From positions 1-64,000 of the IMG/VR virus record IMGVR_UViG_3300050821_005065: 64,000 nt of DNA. One strand, written 5' to 3'. The notes beneath the pieces were generated by a model that was not told where the DNA came from, did not search any database, and saw only the letters and a list, made by a program, of their open reading frames with translations. The translations under genes were made by a program, and so were the position numbers. Of the stretch, positions 29,387-38,597 are shown piece by piece. The stretch's first letter is position 1. Each line of letters starts with the position of its first letter. This DNA comes from a virus.

Positions 29387-29539
29387 CTAAATGTTCTGTT
29401 CGCAGGGCACGATCATTCGGCAAACCGGACACCAATACAGCCATGCGAATAACGGTTCTGGCAATGGCGGAACGATAACATCGGCAGCATGGGGAAGTTC
29501 TTTCGTAAGTTCCCCAATTTTACAAACAAGGCAGATCAT
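29387..29539 (-). CDS. 50-aa zinc-ribbon protein, antisense to the structural operon
   Basis: MICLVCKIGEL...WCPVCR fills the intergenic gap exactly; TATACT 8 nt upstream of the ATG. Confidence 0.55.
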   Translation of the reverse strand: MICLVCKIGELTKELPHAADVIVPPLPEPLFAWLYWCPVCRMIVPCEQNI

Positions 29540-29568
29540 AGCCAGAGAGTATAGCACCTAGAACCTAA

Positions 29569-30360
29569 ATGCCTCCGCAAGCCACGCCATTGCCGAATAC
29601 GCTGGGAGATGTGGTATCCCGCTGCCAATCTTTGTTGGCTGGGAATACATCTTCAGTAGGTCTCTACCAAAGACCCTACTTAGTCCCATTTATCCAGCAA
29701 GCGTATGAGGACATGGCGTCCGTAATCAAGCTGGCCTCGGGCAAGAATTTTGAGATGAACATCCAATTACTCAACGTTCCCATCGGGCAAAACAGCTTAT
29801 ACCCATACCAGAGCGCGCAGTACAAAGATCCCAACACTCCGAATAGTCCGGCTACCCTTGGGCCGCTGTTCGGGTTGTACGATCCTTTGCGACTCTGGGC
29901 GAAAACTACAGGTGCGCTGCCGCAATACTGGACACGCTGCAACGGGCCGATTGACAACCTGCCGTTCGTGAATCCTCCAGGGATCACGCCGGGTTCATTC
30001 TCGACCACAATGTTTTGGACCTGGCTGGGGAATCAACTGCTCGTCACGCCGGTCGCCAGCGCGATCGACATACAGGTCTATGGGCGATTTGATCCGCCGC
30101 CGCTGCAGAAGGATGAAGATAAACTCCTGCTCTATCCGAGGATGACGGCAGCTTTGGCTTATAGCGCTTCCGCCCTCACCGCGGTGGAACGGTCGAATCC
30201 CCAAATCCTGCAAGGCTATGCCGTTCGTGGGGAAGCGATGGTCGATAACATCGTCGCCGACATCATCAAGCAGACACAACGCTATCCCCGAAGATTGGCG
30301 AAGATGGGCGGCTCGAACGGGAACTTCTGGGGATGGGGCTGCGGCAGTTTTAGCAATTAA
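29569..30360 (+). CDS. Putative head-tail adaptor (tail tubular protein A-like)
   Basis: TLGDVVSRCQSLL...FIQQAYEDM, WLGNQLLVTP and ALAYSA patterns; lies before the nozzle gene. Confidence 0.65.
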   Translation: MPPQATPLPNTLGDVVSRCQSLLAGNTSSVGLYQRPYLVPFIQQAYEDMASVIKLASGKNFEMNIQLLNVPIGQNSLYPYQSAQYKDPNTPNSPATLGPLFGLYDPLRLWAKTTGALPQYWTRCNGPIDNLPFVNPPGITPGSFSTTMFWTWLGNQLLVTPVASAIDIQVYGRFDPPPLQKDEDKLLLYPRMTAALAYSASALTAVERSNPQILQGYAVRGEAMVDNIVADIIKQTQRYPRRLAKMGGSNGNFWGWGCGSFSN

Positions 30361-30380
30361 ATTCTGAGAGGAGAAATCAC

Positions 30381-30779
30381 ATGGCAGTCGCACTAGCATT
30401 TCTTAAACAAACCGAGTTCAACAATCCTGGGGCATTCCTGGTTCGGGCAACACTTACGGGAAATTATGGCACGAATGGTGTCGGTGACTTACTCAACCTT
30501 GCCCCTTATCAAGTAGGCACCAATCCCGGCGGAATCACAGACCCAAATTCCACCTACGATGAAATCCTGGGCACGCCTACGAGCGCGATTGGTCCATTCA
30601 ATACCAACCTTGGTGGTTCGACTGTCGCCATCAAGCCGGGTTCGCCGGTCACTTTGACAAACGTGGGCCTGCAGGTATTTGAGCCTGGTGGAGCGGAAAA
30701 GGCGACTGGAGCGGCTTATACCGCAGCGGAATTGGCGGGATATGTCGATCTGATCATCGAAATTCCGAAATATCAGTAA
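30381..30779 (+). CDS. Putative small virion protein
   Basis: GAGGAG RBS; Gly/Thr-rich, beta-type composition. Confidence 0.6.
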   Translation: MAVALAFLKQTEFNNPGAFLVRATLTGNYGTNGVGDLLNLAPYQVGTNPGGITDPNSTYDEILGTPTSAIGPFNTNLGGSTVAIKPGSPVTLTNVGLQVFEPGGAEKATGAAYTAAELAGYVDLIIEIPKYQ

Positions 30780-30801
30780 GTCGAAAATAGGGGGGTTCTA
30801 A

Positions 30802-33800
30802 TTGATCTGGTTCGGGAAACCTGTTCCGCAGAATCGGATGTTGGGACAGGTCGATAGTGACGATCCCACCAACCTTCCGGCTGGTCTCGCCTCGCTTGCC
30901 AAGAACTTTGAGTGGACGCGGGATACAGCCGGGCCAACATGCGCTAACTCTCGCTGCGGTTGCAACACCGCCATGCAATGCCTCGACCATGCCGCGCCTG
31001 TAACTGGCTTGCTCGGCTTTGTCTATTCTCCAGAATCGGCCAGCGATCCGTTCTTTCAACTTCCACTAGCTTTTCAACCGACCGAAGGCTCGCAGTACGA
31101 ATCTCCAGTCGGCACAGGCCGCATGGTAGCCTTCCCGCCGACAAACTTTCAGGAACCATCCCTCGCCAGTCTCGGCGTTCCTCCCCATGTGATATCCGCC
31201 AGCGCAGGGAATCGAGTCTTCCAAGCGTATAGCGACTTGAGTATCCCAGCCGGCGGATTGGCGAACCTTGATCCCAAAGCGAAGACCATGAACCCGTATG
31301 GGATGAAACCAGTCGGATTCTATTGGGTTCCAAACACTCCAGTCTTGCAAGGAGAAATCTGCTGCCCGCCGACTCCGACCACTGGAAACGGCCATACCTA
31401 CCAAGCGCAGAACTCAGGCACCACCGGAGCGAACGCACCTATCTTCCCCACGGGAGAATCCGCGACTGTCAACGACAACGGCATCATCTGGAAAGAAAAT
31501 ACGATGGTGATTGCCAACCGCCTGCCACCTCCCGATGAGGCACAATTCATCGTAATCAATAGCGGCGGAACCATCCCGGCGAACATCCGTGTCTATGCGG
31601 TCATCACATTTCTCAACTCTATCGGTGAGACATTGCCGTCGCTTCCACACTTCATCGCGACCGTGGTCAACAATTCGCAGGTGAAAATCGAGGTGCCGTC
31701 GCTCGCGCAATTGCCCGCATGGATACGAAATCTTCCATCCCAATATGTTCCAACCCAGGCAAATGTCTACGCCCAGGAAACCGGCATCGCCTCACCCGCG
31801 CCAGCACTTTCTACCTATTATCAGCTAGGAGGGTCGGTTGCCCTTGGATCAACTGTTAATTTCGTTCCCGGAAGCGGTACAGCTCCGCCCGTCTCGAATA
31901 CCGCAAGAATTACTCCAGGGCAGTTGCCGACTCCGACCGTTGAACCTGAGATGCAAGTTTCTCCTGCGGGCTCCGTCGTTACTCCTCCCAGCCTGCCTAC
32001 TATTTCCTTGGCGCCCAGCGCGGGAAGCGCATTTACCGCAGGCCAAGTCATCGACGTAGCTTTAACCTTGGTCAACGCGAATGGAGAAACCACCAGAGGC
32101 CCAGCTCCACCGATCAAAATTATCAACAATGGCGATGGCATCTTAGTTTCTTTGGCTGCGAGTTATGGGCCCACGGTGACCGGAGTCAACATCTACCTCT
32201 CGACCAATGGATTTTCCGCTGGGACTGGATCCTTGGAATCCGGTTCGCCGTTTGCGGTGGGATCTGTAACAACGTTGTTAGCTTTTGGGCCGTCCACGAC
32301 ATTGCCGACGACGAACACGGCAACGCTCCCCTTAGGAACGTTCCCTGCAGGCCGTGATGTATACGTCGCGCAAACTTATACCAATGCGAGTGGGGAAACT
32401 CCGCTCGGGCCAGCTAACTTCATCCTCAATACCGCTGCCGACGACTCTATTTTAGTGACGGTCGCGGTTCCACTCGGACCGGACAACGAGCAACTTTACA
32501 CGATCACCAGCGTGGGAATTTATGAAGCGGATGTAGCCACAGGAACTGCTGCGCCAGCGCCATCCGCTTTTGCCTTGGTCGGCTATTACCAACCGGGAAA
32601 TCAGCCTTTCATCTTGAATACAGCAACGGGACCGAATCCGCCCATCACGAATACCACGGGCCCAGGCGGCGCGATTGTGGCGGATACCGCGACTGGGGGA
32701 GCCAACGGAGGGCAAGGCTATCGCTATGCCGCCTTTGGCTGGATCAACCAAATGGAAACTTTCTCTGGCTTCACTCTGGCAAGCGTAGTGAAAACCATCA
32801 TTGATGAAGACGGCTGGGAGATTGGAGCGTTCAACGTCCCCACAGGAATGCCGAATGTAGTTGGGAGATACGTCCCCTTCTCAGGCGCCGACGGATCACA
32901 GGCAGGGCCATTCAACTGGATTGGGTTAGTGAATCTCATTGTCCCCTCACAGAACGTTGTCTTCCCGATGCAGACCTTGATCGACACGGTTCTGCAGAGC
33001 GCCACAGTATTTCTCGACAACGTGACCACGCAGGGAACCTTCAACTTCACCGATACCTATTTGCAGTCGGCTAACAATGTCGATGACCGGTTGCAACTCG
33101 CGATTCCGCCGCAGGGCGTGCGCGTGGATTATCTTGAGAGTGTAGATCGGCTGGCTATCACTGGGGTGCCGGGATTCGCCAGCGGGCCGTGGATCAGCCT
33201 CGCGGAAGACTACGAAAGTTTCTATGGCGCGCTCAGTCCGGTTCCTGTCACCACGACTGGTGAGCGATGTTTCGGAGTGACCGACAAATACAAAGGCATC
33301 GTCTTCGCCTTGATGGAAGAGAGCGGTTTCGTACTCAATGCGAATACCGGAGCCCCGGCAAGCTGGGCCGCAACCCGGCGCTGGCAGGGTATGGGGCCGT
33401 GCGGCTTTCGGGCGTGGGACGCGAACGGCAAATTCATCATCTTCGCGCACCGCTCGGGGCTTTACAAATATGACGAGTCCGACCCCGACATGATGCAGAA
33501 GGAAATCCCGAAACTCTGGTCCACGATCAACTGGGCCGCGGGTGAAACCATCTGCGTCTACATCGACGAAGATACCCATACGGTGCATTGCTTAGCGCCC
33601 ACGGGAGCCAGTACAGTACCCAATCAGGACTTTGTTTTAAGCTATATCGAAGGCTGGAACAATCCGATCCACTTCTCAACCTTCTCGGGAAAAGAAATCT
33701 CGATGGATGCAGCGCGCCGCTGGTCACCGCATGACCGAGCAGCCTTCGTCGTGTTGCGCATGAAACGCACACTGCCACCGGGTGGGAACCAGTTCATTGA

Positions 33801-34296
33801 CGGCCCCACTTTCGAGACGTTGCCGGACTCCAGCTTTCTTTTGACGCAACTCTTATTCGCTTCGAGCGCAAACGATGGCACAGTGCAAGCGCGGACTCCG
33901 GGAATCTTCTCCGACAACGGCGGATACATTGACTGGCAATACGAGACCATGAGTTCTGGAATGATGCAGGCAGTGTGCAAGCCAGAGGGGTTCAACCTGA
34001 ACGCCACGGGATCAGGGGTGATGATCGCTTCGTTTATCGCCAGTCGAGAACAGGTGACCGATGAAGGCGGAGAACAAAAGCTGATTATCGAAGAGGAGGA
34101 AGTCGAAGTCGATCCCATTCCTTTGAGTCCGAAGCAGGTATCTGGGATCACGCGCAAGTGCAATCAGTCGGCGGTGAATGAGTTTTGGAGAATGAGGTTT
34201 CGAGGGGACCGGCAGCCGGGGACGTGGGTGAGTTTGAAGATTGTAACCCCCTATGTAATTCCTGTTACGCCGGGAAGGGATGCCGGGGACCGATGA
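30802..34296 (+). CDS. Tail nozzle (tubular protein B-like) with inserted Ig-like repeats
   Basis: TTG start after a G-rich RBS; beta-propeller-type C-terminal half (GMGPCG...IIFAHRSGLYKYD); three NxxGET repeats. Confidence 0.7.
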   Translation: MIWFGKPVPQNRMLGQVDSDDPTNLPAGLASLAKNFEWTRDTAGPTCANSRCGCNTAMQCLDHAAPVTGLLGFVYSPESASDPFFQLPLAFQPTEGSQYESPVGTGRMVAFPPTNFQEPSLASLGVPPHVISASAGNRVFQAYSDLSIPAGGLANLDPKAKTMNPYGMKPVGFYWVPNTPVLQGEICCPPTPTTGNGHTYQAQNSGTTGANAPIFPTGESATVNDNGIIWKENTMVIANRLPPPDEAQFIVINSGGTIPANIRVYAVITFLNSIGETLPSLPHFIATVVNNSQVKIEVPSLAQLPAWIRNLPSQYVPTQANVYAQETGIASPAPALSTYYQLGGSVALGSTVNFVPGSGTAPPVSNTARITPGQLPTPTVEPEMQVSPAGSVVTPPSLPTISLAPSAGSAFTAGQVIDVALTLVNANGETTRGPAPPIKIINNGDGILVSLAASYGPTVTGVNIYLSTNGFSAGTGSLESGSPFAVGSVTTLLAFGPSTTLPTTNTATLPLGTFPAGRDVYVAQTYTNASGETPLGPANFILNTAADDSILVTVAVPLGPDNEQLYTITSVGIYEADVATGTAAPAPSAFALVGYYQPGNQPFILNTATGPNPPITNTTGPGGAIVADTATGGANGGQGYRYAAFGWINQMETFSGFTLASVVKTIIDEDGWEIGAFNVPTGMPNVVGRYVPFSGADGSQAGPFNWIGLVNLIVPSQNVVFPMQTLIDTVLQSATVFLDNVTTQGTFNFTDTYLQSANNVDDRLQLAIPPQGVRVDYLESVDRLAITGVPGFASGPWISLAEDYESFYGALSPVPVTTTGERCFGVTDKYKGIVFALMEESGFVLNANTGAPASWAATRRWQGMGPCGFRAWDANGKFIIFAHRSGLYKYDESDPDMMQKEIPKLWSTINWAAGETICVYIDEDTHTVHCLAPTGASTVPNQDFVLSYIEGWNNPIHFSTFSGKEISMDAARRWSPHDRAAFVVLRMKRTLPPGGNQFIDGPTFETLPDSSFLLTQLLFASSANDGTVQARTPGIFSDNGGYIDWQYETMSSGMMQAVCKPEGFNLNATGSGVMIASFIASREQVTDEGGEQKLIIEEEEVEVDPIPLSPKQVSGITRKCNQSAVNEFWRMRFRGDRQPGTWVSLKIVTPYVIPVTPGRDAGDR

Positions 34297-34694
34297 GCAA
34301 CCACGCCAACTTGGGATTGATCGTAGAGAGGGAAGAGGCACTTGGCTTCCTCGATACTGATTTCTTTGACGCGGGAAACATAGTCGCAGGGCTTCTTCTG
34401 GTAGAACGGCCACATCTCCAATCGGTGTTGGGAAATAATTGTTTCACCAATGGAGTCAACCTGCCAGATGCCTTCCTTCCCGAGATGGATGACCGTCTGC
34501 TTAACTTCGACACGCTGTATTCCCATGAAATCCCCAACGTGCTTTCCGTCTTCCCAATAGGGAAGACCAGCGAGGGACAGTTCGGGCACAACGATTTCTT
34601 TTGGAAAGAAATAAGTGCGGAACGGCCAAGTTCTTACCGCGGCAGAAGCGGCTACTCCACCGACCAAGGTACGCAGGAAGTTTCTACGATTCAT
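34251..34694 (-). CDS. Twin-arginine-like leader followed by a mosaic of capsid-, nozzle- and portal-like peptides
   Basis: MNRRNFLRTL N-terminus; three ungapped matches to structural proteins encoded in this window (see findings). Confidence 0.7.
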   Translation of the reverse strand: MNRRNFLRTLVGGVAASAAVRTWPFRTYFFPKEIVVPELSLAGLPYWEDGKHVGDFMGIQRVEVKQTVIHLGKEGIWQVDSIGETIISQHRLEMWPFYQKKPCDYVSRVKEISIEEAKCLFPLYDQSQVGVVAHRSPASLPGVTGIT

Positions 34695-34712
34695 GCCGCA
34701 TAGTCTACTCTC

Positions 34713-34982
34713 ATGAGGATCAAGATGCCAAGAGATTTTGTGTTTATTGACTACGCTTACGCTGCTCGTACTGCACTGGCTGTTTGTTATCGGCGAGACC
34801 GCAAAGGCGAGTTAACCATATGTGGCATGATCGAAGAAAGCCGAATGCCAGCTAAGGCGTTCGCGGAGCGCGTACGGCGCGCATTCGGCGATAGCGACTA
34901 CTATATTTCTCCCGCAACCTTTCAAAATGTAGGAAATGGACGATCCGTCGGCGCGATTATTCACGACGCTCTACTCTCATGA
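34713..34982 (+). CDS. Stand-alone truncated terminase nuclease-domain homologue
   Basis: FVFIDYAY...Y.....G...E.RM.A..FA and Q..G.GRSV align with the TerL C-terminal domain encoded at about 47506-47830. Confidence 0.7.
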   Translation: MRIKMPRDFVFIDYAYAARTALAVCYRRDRKGELTICGMIEESRMPAKAFAERVRRAFGDSDYYISPATFQNVGNGRSVGAIIHDALLS

Positions 34983-35818
34983 GTCAAACCATTCAAGGCA
35001 ACCAACTCGCGCTCATCGAAAGCTTCGTCCGCACCTTGGCACCATCTGCCCGAGACGATGCGCGGCAATTGCTGGTCAATCTCTACGACAACCTCACCGC
35101 ACTTTCCCCCGGCGGGAACTTGATCCGTATCGGAGGAGTGCAAGAAAACGCCAGTCAGCCGCCTTCAGGAGTGGTTCATTCCGTCAGTGCAGCCAATGGA
35201 GTCGCCACAGTTAATATCACGAATCCTCCAACACCAGGTGGCACGCAAATCTGGCACCGGATCAGCTATTCCCCACTGAAAAGCTTTACCCAGAACGTGA
35301 CGACGCTGGAGCCGACGACCGCAACCTCCGTGACCATCCCGCAGTCGGGAGTCAGCACGTTTTATCAACTGGAATCTTCCTTCGATAAGAAAACCTGGTC
35401 AAAAGCAACGCTATCCTCGACTGAGACCATTGACGCTGGCTTAGTTGCCTCGCAAGCGATTGAACCCGCCGCAGTGTTCAATCAGAGCAATTTTGCCTTC
35501 GTGAATTCGCAGGCGACTGGATCGGGCGCAACCGTAACCGTGAATGGATCTGGTGGAACCTTTAGCCCTTACACTGCGGTCAAGGGCAATCAAACTTTCC
35601 TGAGACCATCCGCCACGATTGTAGGAGTAGAACTCGGAGCCAATCAGTTTGTGGGCTACGACCCGAAAGCGAAACAGTTTCAACTACTCCCGACTCTCGC
35701 GGGAGTGTTACCTGACAACTTAGAGCCTGTGGGCTATGTGCAAGCGGGAAGCAGCACACCGGGCGGTGGAGGAACGACTGGTGGGAATGGTGGGAGATTG
35801 AGCGCGGTGCAAGTATGA
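34979..35818 (+). CDS. Putative tail-associated structural protein
   Basis: Follows the nozzle; Thr/Ser/Gly-rich, Fn3-like segment, Gly-rich C-terminus. Confidence 0.6.
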   Translation: MSQTIQGNQLALIESFVRTLAPSARDDARQLLVNLYDNLTALSPGGNLIRIGGVQENASQPPSGVVHSVSAANGVATVNITNPPTPGGTQIWHRISYSPLKSFTQNVTTLEPTTATSVTIPQSGVSTFYQLESSFDKKTWSKATLSSTETIDAGLVASQAIEPAAVFNQSNFAFVNSQATGSGATVTVNGSGGTFSPYTAVKGNQTFLRPSATIVGVELGANQFVGYDPKAKQFQLLPTLAGVLPDNLEPVGYVQAGSSTPGGGGTTGGNGGRLSAVQV

Positions 35819-36099
35819 GTTGGGCGATCCACGACGAATTTGTTGACTTCGGAAACTTCCGGCATACGGTCATTTTCAAGAACCGGGATACTGGAGCCGA
35901 ACACCATTTGATCCATGAATTTAAGTTGCACTCCTGCCCGCACTGCGGAGTAGTGAAAACACAACCGAACGGAGAGCCCATCGACTTCGCGCTGCTCAAA
36001 GCGGAAACTCTTGCCGCGCTACAGGCCCATCATAAAACCGTTTTGCAGTACGGAGAAAAGCACGTCAATATCCGCCGGGGAAGCGAACGCAAGAAGTGA
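35815..36099 (+). CDS. Hypothetical protein with CPHCG motif
   Basis: Coupled ORF. Confidence 0.6.
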   Translation: MSWAIHDEFVDFGNFRHTVIFKNRDTGAEHHLIHEFKLHSCPHCGVVKTQPNGEPIDFALLKAETLAALQAHHKTVLQYGEKHVNIRRGSERKK

Positions 36100-36572
36100 G
36101 AACCGAGTTGAGGCAAATGACTCCCGCGGATGTGCCCGCGGTGCTGGAGAAACTTCGGGAGCAAAATGAAAGAGACGGAACCAGTTATGCCATGCCACTG
36201 GTCTTTGATCAGGACGGGAAAAGGCTGGCGCGAATTGAGCTGGCATTGGTTGCGGTGGATGAGGAAACTGGCCAAGTGGAGCAGGGTCATGTGTGGGAGC
36301 GTACGGTAGAACAGACGACCTATGGCATCTCGAAAGAAGCCACCGTTTGCAGTATGCACGAACAGGATGCGGTGCTGTATCTTTTGCGGGAGCGCGGCTA
36401 CACCGACATGCATATCTTTGTCCCACAAGAGCGCGTGAAGCAGATGCAGCACGGCCTCGAAAAGATTTACGGGATGAGCGCCACCGGACTAACACACTTC
36501 TATCGAATGCTGGACCCCTCGGAGAACGAGGCGTTACGCCAATTTTACCAAGAACGCGAGGTCACAGCATGA
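36096..36572 (+). CDS. Putative GNAT-like virion assembly protein
   Basis: LRQMTPADVPAV N-terminus; position between nozzle and ejection genes as in many podoviruses. Confidence 0.5.
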   Translation: MRTELRQMTPADVPAVLEKLREQNERDGTSYAMPLVFDQDGKRLARIELALVAVDEETGQVEQGHVWERTVEQTTYGISKEATVCSMHEQDAVLYLLRERGYTDMHIFVPQERVKQMQHGLEKIYGMSATGLTHFYRMLDPSENEALRQFYQEREVTA

Positions 36573-37159
36573 GTCGCGGCCAACAGGGTCAAGTGTTTCA
36601 GACCGGACAGCAGGAGAACAAAAACTTCACGACCGGCGCCAATACTGATTTCGATCTCGCACAGCAGGATGTAAACTCATTCGCCAATCAAGTAGGACAA
36701 TTCCGCGCAGCCAATCCCTTTGTGCAAGGCGGCCAAGTGCAGACCGCCGAGAATCAAGCTATCGCCGATACTGCTGGAGCAGGCGGGGAAGCTCTTGGAC
36801 AAACTTTGCAGAGTGCTGCGGTGCGAGGCGGCCAGAATCCGAATGCTGCCATCGCCGCGACGGAAGATCAAGCCACGAAGAATATGCGGGATGTTTCCGC
36901 ACAGGAAGCCAATGCCACATTAGGCCGTGCTACGGCTGGAGCTGGATACGGAGAAACCGCACTCGGGGAAACCGGGAAAGTTGCCGGGTTACAGGACACT
37001 CTTGCGGAACAACAAGGCCAGCTTGCCCAAGGAGCCCTTGGCACGGAAGAACAGGCAGCCCAGCAACCGAGTTTTGGCGATATCTTCGGTAGTGCCTTCG
37101 GCCAGCAGTTAGGAAAGGGTCTCGCAGGCGGAAACTTCCAGGTGAACGCCAATGTCTAA
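36569..37159 (+). CDS. Putative DNA ejection (internal virion) protein
   Basis: Gln/Ala/Gly-rich helical protein with a glycine-zipper-like C-terminus. Confidence 0.6.
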   Translation: MSRGQQGQVFQTGQQENKNFTTGANTDFDLAQQDVNSFANQVGQFRAANPFVQGGQVQTAENQAIADTAGAGGEALGQTLQSAAVRGGQNPNAAIAATEDQATKNMRDVSAQEANATLGRATAGAGYGETALGETGKVAGLQDTLAEQQGQLAQGALGTEEQAAQQPSFGDIFGSAFGQQLGKGLAGGNFQVNANV

Positions 37160-38597
37160 CGACTACAAATCCGGCCTCGACGACCAAGACGAACTCGGGC
37201 AATTTCCTTCTGCCGCGTCACCTCTTGCGGCTTTGGGGATTGATCCCGACGAAGCCAGAGCGAATCCTGAATTCCTAGCAAGGCTCATGAAAGGTCCATC
37301 ACAGGGTACGCCGCTATCCTCTCCTTCTCCCAGTGCGGTGGCGGCCGGGGCCACTGGTGGTGCTGGTGATACAGAGCCAACCGATGAAGAAGGTTATGGA
37401 CGCGCTGGCCTGTCGAAGACCTTCCACGCTATGTCGGATGCGTCCAAAGCTGCAAACGCTGTGCCGACAGAGACTCCAGCCGATATTACGCGACTGCAAT
37501 CCCAGGAAGAGAAACTTCAGCCCAAAACTCCTTTGCGGGACGCCTCGGGAAATATGCTGGATCAGTACAAACCCTCAACCGGGCAGAAGATCTGGCGCGG
37601 TGTGCGTGGCGGACTTACTGGTCTCGCTACTGGTGGAGTTTTGGGTGCCGGACTCGGAGCGGCCTATCCGCAAGATGTGAAAGGCGGCACTGCCTACAAC
37701 GCGCCGAACAAGCAGTATGAGCGCACAGAGCAAAAGCGCACTCAAGATTTGAGTGCAACAGAATCCAATCTCGACCAAGCCCGTAAGAACTGGGGCGAAG
37801 CGGTCAAAGCGCGGCAGGCCCAAGCGGGAGAGTTCGGAAAAGTCGCGGCCCTCGGGAAAGACCTCACCACCGGAGCCACAGGATTAATCAACGCGGAAAA
37901 TAAACCGGAGACGGAAGAGAACAAGACCAAGGCAAAACTGGAGTTGTCACAGAAGGAATTTGAGCAGCGGCGCCAATCGTTGACGACCGATCCGACTCTA
38001 TCAAAACTCTCTCCTCTCCAAAAAGCTCTGTACATGGCAAACGGGAAACTCCCCGACCCCCGAGAGCCGAACGAAGCCGACGTACAGGCCGCGAACATGG
38101 CACGGGCACTCACAACGTTTAAGCTTCAGACTGGGCGCGCCCCGCAAACGCTCGAGGAAATGAACTCAGTCATCGCAACCGCCAAGGGCGAACTCAATAA
38201 AGGGAAGGGTGCGAACAATCCCGACGCCGCCAACCTCCGTGTGGCCGCTCGACTCGCCGAGACTCACTTAAAAGAATTGCAGAACATGATGAAGGCTCCG
38301 TCGATTGCCTATGGTTCTCCAGAAGTGAAGAAACAACTTCAGGACCAAGTAGACGAAGCCAAAGAACGGTACGACGATTTACAAGAGCAGTTAACCCAAG
38401 CCACAGGGCCAACGCAGACACCCGCCGCTACTCCCGCGCAACCTGCTCCCGCTGCACCCGCAGCATCGCAACCCGCGAAACCGGCGCAGAATGCTCCCGC
38501 TACCAAGCCGCAACCCGCCCCGGATGGGACGCGCCGACAAGCTCCAAATGGAACCATCGAAGTGAAGCAGAATGGTAAATGGGTGCCGGAGAGCTAA
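37152..38597 (+). CDS. Putative DNA ejection (internal virion) protein
   Basis: GGLTGLATGGVLGAGLGA glycine zipper, coiled coils, C-terminal PDGTRR...NGKWV module. Confidence 0.6.
   Translation: MSNDYKSGLDDQDELGQFPSAASPLAALGIDPDEARANPEFLARLMKGPSQGTPLSSPSPSAVAAGATGGAGDTEPTDEEGYGRAGLSKTFHAMSDASKAANAVPTETPADITRLQSQEEKLQPKTPLRDASGNMLDQYKPSTGQKIWRGVRGGLTGLATGGVLGAGLGAAYPQDVKGGTAYNAPNKQYERTEQKRTQDLSATESNLDQARKNWGEAVKARQAQAGEFGKVAALGKDLTTGATGLINAENKPETEENKTKAKLELSQKEFEQRRQSLTTDPTLSKLSPLQKALYMANGKLPDPREPNEADVQAANMARALTTFKLQTGRAPQTLEEMNSVIATAKGELNKGKGANNPDAANLRVAARLAETHLKELQNMMKAPSIAYGSPEVKKQLQDQVDEAKERYDDLQEQLTQATGPTQTPAATPAQPAPAAPAASQPAKPAQNAPATKPQPAPDGTRRQAPNGTIEVKQNGKWVPES

Noticed and set aside
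34185-34703. 172-aa plus-strand ORF overlapping the mosaic gene
   Set aside because: It shows no recognisable motifs, whereas the minus-strand frame has the RRxFL leader and the structural-protein matches; treated as a shadow ORF, though an ATG at 34293 means it is not fully excluded
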